Virus record (IMG/VR): IMGVR_UViG_3300026521_000471
Coordinates: 122,518-186,517 of that record
Origin: a virus
Length of the DNA: 64,000 bases
Strand: one strand, 5' to 3'
Translations under genes and position numbers: made by a program
Notes under the pieces: generated by a model
The model's input: the letters and a program-made list of their open reading frames with translations, nothing else
Told to the model about the DNA's origin: nothing
The model's database searches: none
In this document: piece after piece, positions 39,487 through 49,407 of the stretch
How positions within the stretch are numbered: position 1 is the first letter of the stretch
Layout of the letters: every line of letters begins with the position of its first letter

Positions 39487-40027
39487 AAAAAAGAAAAATA
39501 TACCTATCCATATTACAAAACGTGATTCATCAACATTTGTTTTAAATAAGATTTCGTCTAGTATGTTATATCATGTACAACAAAAATTCGCATATTTACC
39601 ACCAGGTTATAAATTTCAACCTAGATTTAGACTTATGGGTATTAAAGGTGTACAAGTTAAGCTAGTACACGCAGATGGTTCATTCCCAATGGGATTATTT
39701 TCAGAAGTTGTAGAATATTTAACAGAGGTGCAAAAAAAGAAAGTTACTATGAGCAGTGAAGTAATGGAACATTTTTTACCACTAACTGATTTTTTTGAAG
39801 ATGGTATAAAAGATGATATATTCTCAGACTATGAATTCGATGGTAATCCTGTAATATTAAGAGATTATCAATTAGGTGCAGTTGAAGCCGCTTTTGAAAA
39901 TAGAAACGGCTTATTAAATTTATCTACTGGTGCAGGTAAGTGCTTAGGTGGTGAAACTAAAATACGAGTAAAATTAAGTAGTGAACTAATTAAAAAATAT
40001 AAAGTTATTATAAAAGGCGAATTATGA
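39479..40027 (+). CDS. N-terminal fragment of the split SF2 (UvsW-like) helicase: Q-motif and P-loop, followed by a 28-aa N-intein (IntN)
   Basis: ...RDYQLGAVEAAF...LLNLSTGAGK then CLGGETKIRVKLSSELIKKYKVIIKGEL and a stop. CLGGETKIRV fits intein block A (C-L-x-G-[DE]-T-x-[IV]) directly after the Walker A lysine. The matching IntC and C-extein are at 22537..23946 on the minus strand. Confidence 0.75.
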   Translation: MAKKKKNIPIHITKRDSSTFVLNKISSSMLYHVQQKFAYLPPGYKFQPRFRLMGIKGVQVKLVHADGSFPMGLFSEVVEYLTEVQKKKVTMSSEVMEHFLPLTDFFEDGIKDDIFSDYEFDGNPVILRDYQLGAVEAAFENRNGLLNLSTGAGKCLGGETKIRVKLSSELIKKYKVIIKGEL

Positions 40028-40314
40028 AATTATGGATGAATGGATATGATACGACCATAGATGATTTTCCACAAATCATCTATAAAAATAAAATTTTATC
40101 ATATGAAGAACAAGCCTTTTTAACTAATAAAATTTTTGGCTTATTTCAATTAACACATCGAGATAAATTTAAAGAAATAAATGAAATAAAATTAAATACA
40201 AATGAATTACCATTTAAAAAATTATATCAATTAATTCATTCAGATGATAAATATGAATTTGAAGCTGAATATATGGTATATCTATTAAATTATTTCTCCG
40301 TGGAACTAGATTAA
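40024..40314 (+). CDS. hypothetical protein
   Basis: ORF track; ATGA overlap. Confidence 0.35.
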   Translation: MKLWMNGYDTTIDDFPQIIYKNKILSYEEQAFLTNKIFGLFQLTHRDKFKEINEIKLNTNELPFKKLYQLIHSDDKYEFEAEYMVYLLNYFSVELD

Positions 40315-40517
40315 TGATAACTGAAATTATAAGATTTAACTGTCATGTATTAAAGGTAAATAAATATAACAAAATAACTCCTGATGAATTGTTATTAGAA
40401 TATAAAACTCGTAACAACCTTATTTTAGAAAATACGGAAGTATATGTTGAAAGCTGTAAATGGGCTGCTGGAAGTACTAGTACTATTATAACAAAAGTGA
40501 AAAGGATAGAAAAATGA
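40314..40517 (+). CDS. hypothetical small protein
   Basis: ORF track. Confidence 0.35.
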   Translation: MITEIIRFNCHVLKVNKYNKITPDELLLEYKTRNNLILENTEVYVESCKWAAGSTSTIITKVKRIEK

Positions 40518-40963
40518 CTTATGCTCAAAATAAAAAGGCTAGATTTAATTATGAAATCATAGAAATATTTGAAGCAGGGATTGTACTAACAGGTGGTGAA
40601 GTAAAATCTGTAAGAGATAGTACAATTTCTCTTAAAGAAAGCTATGTTAAAATAAAAAATAATGAATTATTTTTAACTCAAGCTCATGTTTCAGTCCCTA
40701 CATACATACCATCATATGCAGTATTTGATGAAGTCCAAGATAGAAAATTGTTAATGCATAAAAGAGAGATTTTAAAACTTAAAAATAAATTGAAAGAACA
40801 GGGTTTGACTTTAATTGTATTATCAATTTATCAACGTGAAGGCACAAAAAAGATAAAAGTACAGTTGGCATTAGCTAGAGGTAAAAAATTATATAATAAA
40901 AAACAAACTATCAAAGAACGTGATATTAAACGAGATATGGAAAGAACATTAAAAAAATTCTAA
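40514..40963 (+). CDS. smpB: SsrA-binding protein SmpB
   Basis: KKARFNYEIIEIFEAGIVLTGGEVKSVR...LLMHKREILKLKNKLKEQGLTLIVLSIYQREGT.KIKVQLALARGKKLYNKKQTIKERDIKRD aligns along its full length with bacterial SmpB. Confidence 0.85.
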   Translation: MTYAQNKKARFNYEIIEIFEAGIVLTGGEVKSVRDSTISLKESYVKIKNNELFLTQAHVSVPTYIPSYAVFDEVQDRKLLMHKREILKLKNKLKEQGLTLIVLSIYQREGTKKIKVQLALARGKKLYNKKQTIKERDIKRDMERTLKKF

Positions 40964-41003
40964 TAGGTATAAATAATTATAAAATAATCTTAGGAGCAAT
41001 AAA

Positions 41004-41297
41004 ATGGCAAGAAAGAAAAAGATTCAAGAAGAAGTAGAAGTACCAGTTGTTGAAGTAACTGATGAAGAGATTCAAGAAGAAGTAGAAGTAGAAGTAGAAG
41101 TACCAGTTGTTGAAGTAACTGATGAAGAGATTCAAGAAGAAGTAACTGATGATTTTGATAATATTGCAATTACTGATTATGCTATGGTATCAAATGAATT
41201 AGCAAAAAAAATACTTGAGAAAAAAGGTAAAAAAGTATTATTTGAAGAGCCAGAAGACGTTCAATCTAGCTTTCATATGAAACCATTAAAAAAATAA
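41004..41297 (+). CDS. acidic repeat-containing protein
   Basis: ORF track; contains tandem EEVEVPVVEVTDEEIQEEV repeats. Confidence 0.45.
   Translation: MARKKKIQEEVEVPVVEVTDEEIQEEVEVEVEVPVVEVTDEEIQEEVTDDFDNIAITDYAMVSNELAKKILEKKGKKVLFEEPEDVQSSFHMKPLKK
41021..41152. repeat. tandem direct repeat (~48-60 nt unit, 2.5 copies) within the coding sequence
   Basis: GATTCAAGAAGAAGTAGAAGTACCAGTTGTTGAAGTAACTGATGAAGA is repeated with a 12-nt insertion. Confidence 0.7.
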
Positions 41298-41352
41298 TTT
41301 TTTATTGTAAAATAAAATTATATTAAATAAAAAAATGACTTTAAATTTTTAA

Positions 41353-41494
41353 GTGTTTAGTCATCACTTCATTAAATCAAAATATATTATGTTAGTCTCT
41401 GTATGTTAATAATAAAGTATATTCGTTAATATACGGAGGTTAATCCTCAAAAATATTTTTATAGACTTAAAAAATAATTGTGTTAGTCTATCAC
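41353..41494. promoter_or_regulatory. three copies of a 15-mer GTGTT(T)AGTC(T)ATCAC-like motif in the intergenic region upstream of 41507 (candidate operator sites)
   Basis: GTGTTTAGTCATCAC (41353-41367), TGTTAGTCT (41390-41398) and GTGTTAGTCTATCAC (41480-41494). The last copy ends 13 nt before the ATG. Confidence 0.4.
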
Positions 41495-41506
41495 AAAGGA
41501 AAAATC

Positions 41507-42295
41507 ATGTATAACAAAAAATTAATAGCTTGTATAAAAGCTGATGGTAAAATTTTAAGAGAACAGGGTGAAAACGTATATCTCCCATTTGGTACAGAGT
41601 ACCAAATTTTTCTTAAAAATGAAAACGATAGAAAGGTTGAAATATCCATAACTATTGATGGTGAAGATGTTTTAAATGGTAGTAAACTATTATTATCTCC
41701 AGGTAAAAATATGGAACTAAAAGGTTTTATTAGAGATATAAATGGTGGTGAAGATAATAGAGCTTTTAAATTTATAGAAAAAACTCAAGAGATTAGTGAA
41801 TTTAGAGGTGATAAACCAGAAGATGGTCTTGTTAAAATTACTTATCAATTTGAACAAGAATCTATTACTAATAAACTTAGGGATTTTTGGTATTCTGATG
41901 ATAGAATATATACAAATCATACTAACCCAAGTTTTGGACCTGGATTTATTGAAACATCGACTACACCTACATATGGAACAACAAGTATATCATCAAATGA
42001 AGTATTTTGTAGTACTGAGATGGTATCCAACAATATTAGTACAAATGCTTTAAGAAATAATGATATGGGTATTACCGTAGAAGGTACTGCTACTAATCAA
42101 AAATTCCAAGAAGGTAATATCGGATATTTAGAAAATGAAACACATTCGATAATTCTTAAGCTAGTTGGTGTAAATGGTAATGAAAAGATTTCTGAACCTA
42201 TAACTGTCAAAACAAAAAAGCAATGTCCATCTTGTGGACGAAAATATAAAAGTTCATTTCAATATTGTCCACAAGATGGGACATATTTAAGATGA
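41507..42295 (+). CDS. hypothetical protein with C-terminal zinc ribbon (CPSCGRKYKSSFQYCPQDG)
   Basis: The ORF-track start at 41480 is a GTG inside the repeated motif. ATG 41507 is preceded by AAAGGA. Confidence 0.45.
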   Translation: MYNKKLIACIKADGKILREQGENVYLPFGTEYQIFLKNENDRKVEISITIDGEDVLNGSKLLLSPGKNMELKGFIRDINGGEDNRAFKFIEKTQEISEFRGDKPEDGLVKITYQFEQESITNKLRDFWYSDDRIYTNHTNPSFGPGFIETSTTPTYGTTSISSNEVFCSTEMVSNNISTNALRNNDMGITVEGTATNQKFQEGNIGYLENETHSIILKLVGVNGNEKISEPITVKTKKQCPSCGRKYKSSFQYCPQDGTYLR

Positions 42296-42297
42296 TT

Positions 42298-42305
42298 TGT
42301 ATAAT
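42298..42305 (+). promoter_or_regulatory. extended -10 promoter TGTATAAT
   Basis: GATTTGTATAATATATAAAAAGGATCAAAATG. Confidence 0.5.
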
Positions 42306-42322
42306 ATATAAAAAGGATCAAA

Positions 42323-42589
42323 ATGAGTTATAAATTAGATTTATTAAATTCTACAAATAATAGTTTTTTGGGTTATATTGGTGCAGCTGTTTTAGGATAC
42401 ATTCTAAGTCTAATGTTTAATTTGGTATTATCCAATCAGGTGGGGACTGCCATAGTATTATATACTACCTATATGATATTTATCATAATTAGTCAAGTAA
42501 TGTGTGAGAAAAATATTAAATATTTATGTCAATTTAATGAATTTTGGTATTCTCTAGAACAATTAATCATTAATAAATTACATAGATAA
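42323..42589 (+). CDS. small membrane protein (2 transmembrane segments)
   Basis: ORF track; TGTATAAT promoter and AAAAAGGA upstream. Confidence 0.4.
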   Translation: MSYKLDLLNSTNNSFLGYIGAAVLGYILSLMFNLVLSNQVGTAIVLYTTYMIFIIISQVMCEKNIKYLCQFNEFWYSLEQLIINKLHR

Positions 42590-42597
42590 AATTTAAT

Positions 42598-43017
42598 ATG
42601 GCGTTAATTCAGAATCAATTCTATTCACAAATATCATTAGCAACAATTAGTAAAATTGCTAAAAAACAACCATATAAACAGAAATTAGAATTTTGGGAAT
42701 GTGATGTTAGATTTAATTTAAAAAATTCCAATTTTAATTTTGAAGTTATAGAGCCAAAAATTAATTTTGCTTTATATTCCGATAATACAAATAATGTGAC
42801 TTTTGATAATACAGTTTATAATACTGAATTAAAACGTTTCTGGACAAAAGAAGAAGCTGAAAATTTTATTATTTTCAGCTTAATGCAAGTTTTTAAACCA
42901 TTAAACAATTATATTTTAAATAATAAAATTGATAAAAAATTTACAAATATAATCGAAAACAACCCTGACAAAATATTAAAAGAAATAGAATCTGGATATA
43001 AATGGTTTATTAATTAA
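42598..43017 (+). CDS. hypothetical protein
   Basis: ORF track. Confidence 0.4.
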   Translation: MALIQNQFYSQISLATISKIAKKQPYKQKLEFWECDVRFNLKNSNFNFEVIEPKINFALYSDNTNNVTFDNTVYNTELKRFWTKEEAENFIIFSLMQVFKPLNNYILNNKIDKKFTNIIENNPDKILKEIESGYKWFIN

Positions 43018-43071
43018 TTTTTAAGTTTATTTCTTTTATAATTATGTATAAAATTATATAAGGAATATTAT

Positions 43072-44325
43072 ATGGCTATTTTACAGCTCCATTCTGATGA
43101 TCCAAATTTTGGATACATTATCAAAAAAAACCCAAATTCATCTATGCAAATAAGAAGTATACGTAAAGGTACTGCTTTTACATGGTATTCTCATAATGGT
43201 ACCGACTTTAATATTTATTTTAAAGATGCTGATAATGATGTATCGTTTGGATCGCAAGAATTCGATTATCTAAATATTTCTAAATATAATTCACCGATGT
43301 TTATTATCAATGCAATAAGTGAGTTTTTTTCAAGTACTGTTAGAGAAGAATCAGAATTAGATATAAAAAGTTCAAAATATTTTTATATTAACTTACTTGA
43401 AATCAAAAGAATAAAACAATTAATGGATTTTAAGAAATATTTCCCTGATTTTGAAATTGAAATTACCGAACAAGTTGGGAAAAATTATACTATTAAAGTA
43501 ATAACTGAAAATAGTTGGTTTATGTTATTAAATTATATTAATCTTATGATGATTTTTATTGCATTATCAAGTAACGACTACGTACATTTAGATAGTTCAA
43601 ATATTGAAAAATATCTAAATGCTATGAATCGATTGGATGCACCATTTTTTATACGTTATTTAGTAAGTAGAAATCTTATTAAAAGTAAAAACCAATTTAA
43701 AAAATATAAACAATTACTTGAAAAATCAAAAAGATATAATATCAATATGGCATATGGTAATACGGCTATGCAACGGAAAGACAAAATAGAACGTTTATTA
43801 TCATTTGATAAATCGATTCTTGATATTGGGTGTGGAGAAGGTTTTTATGCTATAGATTTTTCTAAAAAAATAGAAAAATATTCTTATAATGCCATTGACA
43901 TTAATCCTAATCTATTAGAGTCGATCAAGATAAAAGCTTCAAAAAAAGAAATTACAAATATTAATCTCTTTAATAGTCTAGAAGATTTTATAAAGATTTA
44001 CAATGATGAGTTAGTAGATATAATACTAACTGAAGTTATTGAACACATGCCAAAAGATGAATCAAAAAGATTAATAGAGACAGTATTGATGTCTATTAAT
44101 TTTAATACATTCATTATTACCGTACCAAATAAAGACTTTAATATTTTTTATGAATTAGGTGATGAAATGAGACATGATGATCATGACTGGGAACCTACAT
44201 TTGATGAATTTAAAAATTTTATAGCTAATTTTAATAATGATGGTTTATCTTTTGAATTTATAGAAATAGGTGATACTATCGATGGTATCTCTACAAGTAT
44301 CGGTTGTATAATTAAAAAGGTATAA
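43072..44325 (+). CDS. hen1: Hen1-like RNA 3'-terminal 2'-O-methyltransferase (bacterial Hen1 architecture: N-terminal domain plus C-terminal Mg-dependent methyltransferase)
   Basis: C-terminal domain: ILDIGCGEGFYAIDF (SAM motif I), LTEVIEHMPKDE (the Hen1 EVIEH metal motif), MRHDDHDWEPTFDEF (Hen1 HxDHxFEWTxxEF). The ~240-aa N-domain is consistent with the ligase-activating domain. Confidence 0.8.
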   Translation: MAILQLHSDDPNFGYIIKKNPNSSMQIRSIRKGTAFTWYSHNGTDFNIYFKDADNDVSFGSQEFDYLNISKYNSPMFIINAISEFFSSTVREESELDIKSSKYFYINLLEIKRIKQLMDFKKYFPDFEIEITEQVGKNYTIKVITENSWFMLLNYINLMMIFIALSSNDYVHLDSSNIEKYLNAMNRLDAPFFIRYLVSRNLIKSKNQFKKYKQLLEKSKRYNINMAYGNTAMQRKDKIERLLSFDKSILDIGCGEGFYAIDFSKKIEKYSYNAIDINPNLLESIKIKASKKEITNINLFNSLEDFIKIYNDELVDIILTEVIEHMPKDESKRLIETVLMSINFNTFIITVPNKDFNIFYELGDEMRHDDHDWEPTFDEFKNFIANFNNDGLSFEFIEIGDTIDGISTSIGCIIKKV

Positions 44326-44327
44326 AA

Positions 44328-45212
44328 ATGCTATTAACATTTGGAGGATATGGTGGTGAATATTGCTGTGGTGAACTCAGTAAGCTTCATATTAACAATA
44401 TAAAAGAACTACTTAGACGTTTTGAATACGAAGATATTATTGGACATTTCGATACAATTTTTAGTAGTAGTGGATGGGAAAGACAATATTATGATTTTGA
44501 TGATATTGAACATATTTCTAGCTGTGCCATTGATGGTAGTATTTCTATTAATCCTAATGAACGCGAACATACAAAGTATGATTCTATTAATATTAGTGAT
44601 TTAACTATCAATATCAATGATGATGACTTTTTATCTGATGGTTGGTATATTTCATCAGCTTCCATAGAAAAAGGTATTTTTTTTGAAGCAGAAATTTTAG
44701 ATGATGTCAATGAATTTAATAAAGATTTACTGATCATAGATGCAAAAGATACAGATTATATTGGTACTGGAGACATTTTAGTTACTGATGTTTTTTACAA
44801 TAATAAAGTCCTCGAAATGAACTATGATGTTATGGATACATTCGGTAAAGGTTTCTATCAAAGTATTTTTCATGTTAAAGATAGGATACATTATGACGGA
44901 AAGGAAAAACTCCTAGACGATTTTAAAAACTCTTTTAATATTATTGAAATGGTTGGTATGGATCGTGAAGATATAATCTTTGAATATTTAGAATATGTAG
45001 AAGCTGCAAATAATAAGCATTTAATAAAAGATGATCGAATTATAGTTTGGGCTAGTCCATTCTTATATGAACATTTTGAAAAAGAAGATGTAGACCTTTT
45101 ATGGATGACTGAAAAGAATATTAAATTCGCATTGAAAAATGGTTTAAAAGATGAAATACCACCAAATATTTTTGAACGTATTATTATGAGGTTTCCAGAA
45201 TGGCTAATTTAG
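44328..45212 (+). CDS. hypothetical protein
   Basis: ORF track. Confidence 0.45.
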   Translation: MLLTFGGYGGEYCCGELSKLHINNIKELLRRFEYEDIIGHFDTIFSSSGWERQYYDFDDIEHISSCAIDGSISINPNEREHTKYDSINISDLTININDDDFLSDGWYISSASIEKGIFFEAEILDDVNEFNKDLLIIDAKDTDYIGTGDILVTDVFYNNKVLEMNYDVMDTFGKGFYQSIFHVKDRIHYDGKEKLLDDFKNSFNIIEMVGMDREDIIFEYLEYVEAANNKHLIKDDRIIVWASPFLYEHFEKEDVDLLWMTEKNIKFALKNGLKDEIPPNIFERIIMRFPEWLI

Positions 45213-45490
45213 TATATGGTATTACCATTGATAGAAAATTATTTCATGGCAAAATTATAAAATCCAGTTTGAAATCTATGATTTCTATTAAGACAGTTGA
45301 TAATAGAATTTTAAATTTTCCTAAGTCTCATAAATTATTTAAAACAAAAGAAGAACGAGATATAGAAATTTTTTTAAATAATAATAATTTAAGCATAGAT
45401 AAAGTTGCAGAGTTATATAATATTAACAAAAAAGAGGCAATTTTAGCTTACCAATCAGCTATTAAAAAATTTCCCGAAAAATTTATATAA
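45200..45490 (+). CDS. hypothetical protein
   Basis: ORF track. Confidence 0.35.
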   Translation: MANLVYGITIDRKLFHGKIIKSSLKSMISIKTVDNRILNFPKSHKLFKTKEERDIEIFLNNNNLSIDKVAELYNINKKEAILAYQSAIKKFPEKFI

Positions 45491-45499
45491 AGGATCATT

Positions 45500-46093
45500 G
45501 TGAATATTAAAAGCAATATAAAATCTAACATTAAAGGTAAATCCTTAATAAGAACAAAATCTTACATTATACCGACTACTGTAACATTTCTTATAGGTTG
45601 TTTTATATGGTTATTAGATGGTAGCTGGGGAGTATATTTAACATTTTTAATTATAGGTATCATTACCCACTTTATTTATGTAGGTATAAATGAACATTCA
45701 AGATATAATCATGATCTGCATTGGGATAATGAAGCCTATTATAATTGGTTTGCCATTGTTGGTTTACCAATGATATTAATTGGTATTTTTTACCCATTTG
45801 CTATATCCCCAGCAATCCACGACTATTATCATGCAGAACGAATTGATGAAGAAATACCTATCGACAAAAATATTTCTCTTATGTACAATGACTACCATAG
45901 TACATTTATATTAATGGTTGAAGGAGAAAAACAACCTCTTCTAATTGATAAAGGTGGTTCTAGCGATACTTACAATCGTATGAAAGCTAGCTATCTTGAT
46001 AAAAAAATAAAAGTAGTTAAAAAAAGATATAAATCTTGGACTGATGACGAAATTCAAACAGTTTATCAGTTAGATGGTTACACATTCAAATAA
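45500..46093 (+). CDS. hypothetical membrane protein
   Basis: ORF track; hydrophobic helices. Confidence 0.4.
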   Translation: MNIKSNIKSNIKGKSLIRTKSYIIPTTVTFLIGCFIWLLDGSWGVYLTFLIIGIITHFIYVGINEHSRYNHDLHWDNEAYYNWFAIVGLPMILIGIFYPFAISPAIHDYYHAERIDEEIPIDKNISLMYNDYHSTFILMVEGEKQPLLIDKGGSSDTYNRMKASYLDKKIKVVKKRYKSWTDDEIQTVYQLDGYTFK

Positions 46094-46102
46094 AGGATTT
46101 TT

Positions 46103-48793
46103 ATGAATAAAATTAAAACACAAGTACATACTATAATAATGCTTATTGGACCTAGTGGTTCTGGTAAAACAACATTCGCTAATGAAATTCTAATACCCAC
46201 ATTACAAGAATATAAAGGTAGTGGAAATGACAATTTAAAAACAAATATACAATATATTAGTTCTGATGATATTAGAAAAGATATTTTAGGATATAATTAT
46301 AGTAAAATAGATGAAATTATGACTGAAAGTTCAACACAAGCATTTGAAATATTATTTACAAAATTAAGAGCTGTTACTAGTTATCCAATCAATGCTGAAT
46401 TTGTTATTTTAGATACAACTGGATTAAGTGAAAAATTTAGAAATGATGTTTTAGATATAGCAAAAGATAATAATTATAATGTCGATATTATAGTTTTCGA
46501 TTATAAGAATATTGATGAATATCAGAAAAATTTTTCTGATGAAGTTTATCAACAACCTAGTACTAATGGCAAAATTATTTCTAAGCATATAAAAAGATTA
46601 AAAACAGAAACATTAAAAACATTAAAAAAAGGTGTATATAAAAATATTCATAAAATTAAAAATAAAGATTTTCTTTTAGAAGTTGAACAGGAGAATCCAT
46701 ATGATTTAACACCTACTATGTTAAAACCTCTTTATAGTGTAGATGTATGGGATTGGAAAAAATATACTGATAGAATATTAAATAGTACTTATGATTGGAT
46801 TACTATTGGTGATGTTCATGGATGTATTCATGAATTAAAACAATTACTTGAAAAATATGGTTTTATAATTGAAGACAATGAAATCATAGATACAAACAAA
46901 ACAAAAAATATAGGATTGATTTTTGCAGGTGATTTAATTGATAAGTCGTCAGAAGAAGATTTAACTGAAACTATAAGATTTATACATAAAAATATGATAA
47001 AATTTCAAGATCGTTTTCAATTAATATTAGGTAATCATGAAGAGATGGTCTGGAAATGGATAACAAATCATAAAGATTTAGAAATTACTCCAGAACGATT
47101 GGATCAGAAAAAAAGATACTATAATACAGCAATTTTACTAGAGAAAAATGAAGAGTTAAAATCTATGTTTTTAGATATTTTTCATAATATGAAAGGTTGG
47201 GTTAAATTTATAGGATTAAACAAAAGAAGTTTTGTAGTTACACATGCACCATGTGAGGTTAAATATCTCGAAAAAATGGATCGTATTTCATTAAAACGTC
47301 AATATAAATGCGCTAGTAGAAGTAAAAACAAAGATAAGACTAATGATGAACTAACACCATATTTAAAAGAAGAAGCAGTTAATAACCATCCAGTTCACAT
47401 ATTTGGTCATATGGGACAATCATCTGTTAGATCTTTTAAAAATAAAGTTTGTATTGATACAGGCTGTGTATATGGTGGAAGATTAACTGGATACAGTATA
47501 GGATACGGTAAACCATTTATTCAAAGTGTAAAATCATTATCTCCTAAGAGTGCAAGAAACGACTTTGGAAATAATCTATTTGAAGATATAGGTAAAGCTA
47601 TAAAAGAAGTATCTATTGAAGATTTAAATCCATACAACCAAAAAAGATTAGATTATATAGTAAAAAATGGCATAGGATACATAGGAGGTACAATTTCACC
47701 TTCAAATAAAAACATCGAAAAAAATTCACTAGAATCTTTAGATAGTGGACTTAATTATTTCAAAGATAAAGTAGATAGTGTAGTTCTACAACCTAAATAT
47801 ATGGGGTCTAGAGCACAACTGTATCTCTTTAAAGATAATATTGAAAAATGCTATGCTACAAGTAGAAATGGATATAAAATTAGAGAGGACTTAACTGATT
47901 TATTCTCATCTAAATTAATAGAATACAAGCATATTTTTGATATGTATAATGCTGATGAGATAATTATAGATGGTGAATTATTACCATGGGCTCTTTTAGG
48001 AAAAGGTTTGATAGAAACACATTTTAAAACTGCGGATATAGCTATCCAAACAGAAATCGACTTTCTGGATGATAATGGGTTTGATAAGGCTTTTTTAAGT
48101 TTAAAGGATGAATTTAATGAATCAGAATTTTTAAAAGATAAAAATATTTTAGCTAAAAAAGAATTAGCTAAAAAATATGGTCACAAATATCACTCTTATA
48201 AAGATTTAAAATTTGAAATTGATAGATTCATACCTTTAAGTAAACACAAAAAAGCTTGGAAAATTTTCAATAAACAAATAACCCTTTATGGAGATGATAC
48301 AAATACAGATTTTAAAGGTTTTAGATTATTAAAAGTAATATCAAATAACAATATAATCGATTTGGATCTAACCCCTAGCGAACACTTTAAACTATTAAAT
48401 TCAGATGATATTCATATTGTTGATTTCAATGATAAAGACTATTTAGTTAAAGCTGAAAGATGGTATGATGATTTAGTGAGTAATCAAAATATGGAAGGTT
48501 GTGTAATAAAACCGGAAGTAAAGTTATTAGAATCTTGGATTGCTCCATATTTAAAAGTAAGAAATGAAGAATATCTTTCTATCATTTATGGGTATGATTA
48601 TAAATTCCCTGTCAAATTTAATAGATTATTAAATCAAAAAAATATTTCTAAAAAATTAAGACTCTCTATATCAGAGTATAAATTAGGAGAAGAAATGCTT
48701 AAAGCTCCTATGGGTAGTAAAGAACAAATACAGATTATAGCCAATCTATTATTTGAAAATGAAAAAGAAGAAAGCGTCGATCCAAGATTATAA
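46103..48793 (+). CDS. pnkp: bacterial-type polynucleotide kinase-phosphatase-ligase (Pnkp): P-loop 5'-kinase, metallophosphatase, and adenylyltransferase/ligase domains
   Basis: IMLIGPSGSGKTTFAN (kinase P-loop). ITIGDVHGC, IFAGDLIDK and LGNHEE (calcineurin-like phosphatase). C-terminal ...VVLQPKYMGSRAQLY (nucleotidyltransferase KxxG motif I). At 896 aa with this domain order it matches Clostridium-type Pnkp. Confidence 0.85.
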   Translation: MNKIKTQVHTIIMLIGPSGSGKTTFANEILIPTLQEYKGSGNDNLKTNIQYISSDDIRKDILGYNYSKIDEIMTESSTQAFEILFTKLRAVTSYPINAEFVILDTTGLSEKFRNDVLDIAKDNNYNVDIIVFDYKNIDEYQKNFSDEVYQQPSTNGKIISKHIKRLKTETLKTLKKGVYKNIHKIKNKDFLLEVEQENPYDLTPTMLKPLYSVDVWDWKKYTDRILNSTYDWITIGDVHGCIHELKQLLEKYGFIIEDNEIIDTNKTKNIGLIFAGDLIDKSSEEDLTETIRFIHKNMIKFQDRFQLILGNHEEMVWKWITNHKDLEITPERLDQKKRYYNTAILLEKNEELKSMFLDIFHNMKGWVKFIGLNKRSFVVTHAPCEVKYLEKMDRISLKRQYKCASRSKNKDKTNDELTPYLKEEAVNNHPVHIFGHMGQSSVRSFKNKVCIDTGCVYGGRLTGYSIGYGKPFIQSVKSLSPKSARNDFGNNLFEDIGKAIKEVSIEDLNPYNQKRLDYIVKNGIGYIGGTISPSNKNIEKNSLESLDSGLNYFKDKVDSVVLQPKYMGSRAQLYLFKDNIEKCYATSRNGYKIREDLTDLFSSKLIEYKHIFDMYNADEIIIDGELLPWALLGKGLIETHFKTADIAIQTEIDFLDDNGFDKAFLSLKDEFNESEFLKDKNILAKKELAKKYGHKYHSYKDLKFEIDRFIPLSKHKKAWKIFNKQITLYGDDTNTDFKGFRLLKVISNNNIIDLDLTPSEHFKLLNSDDIHIVDFNDKDYLVKAERWYDDLVSNQNMEGCVIKPEVKLLESWIAPYLKVRNEEYLSIIYGYDYKFPVKFNRLLNQKNISKKLRLSISEYKLGEEMLKAPMGSKEQIQIIANLLFENEKEESVDPRL

Positions 48794-49068
48794 TAGTATT
48801 TTTGTATAATTCTAATAAATAATTAGTCATATCGACAAAAGGAGATAATTATGTTACATTCAATTAGTAGATCTTATTTAAATTTTATTCTTACTCGGAT
48901 AGCATTTACGTAAATACATTTATTGAATCTTCTATAAAAAATATCTTTGATTTAGGTGGTGATTTATGAGTTTAATAATCATCTCCTATATAATAAAATG
49001 GTATAAAAAGAAAAAATAGAAGTCAAATCACTATGGTAACATGATTTGTATATTTATCGGATGAAATT

Positions 49069-49407
49069 TCATCTAATTTGATTATCATCCGATATTAAAG
49101 GGTTTACTCGATAACCTTTGTAAATTTTATTTTTTAACGAATCATTCACACAAGCATCATACTTTTTTAAAAACTGATTTGATATTTCTAAATATCTATT
49201 TTGTAATTCATATGATTTTACATTATTAACTTTATTTAAAAAATTTATTACTTCTTTTTTATATATTAAACATGAATCTTTAATATTTCTTTGATCAATT
49301 ATAATTATTTTATTTTTGATATATGAAATCCCTTCAGATGCATTATACCATTGATCATCAGCGTTTAAAAATATTATACTAATTAATATTATTAATATCT
49401 TTTGCAT
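49069..49407 (-). CDS. hypothetical secreted protein (signal peptide)
   Basis: ORF track; N-terminal MQKILIILISIIFLNA. Confidence 0.4.
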   Translation of the reverse strand: MQKILIILISIIFLNADDQWYNASEGISYIKNKIIIIDQRNIKDSCLIYKKEVINFLNKVNNVKSYELQNRYLEISNQFLKKYDACVNDSLKNKIYKGYRVNPLISDDNQIR

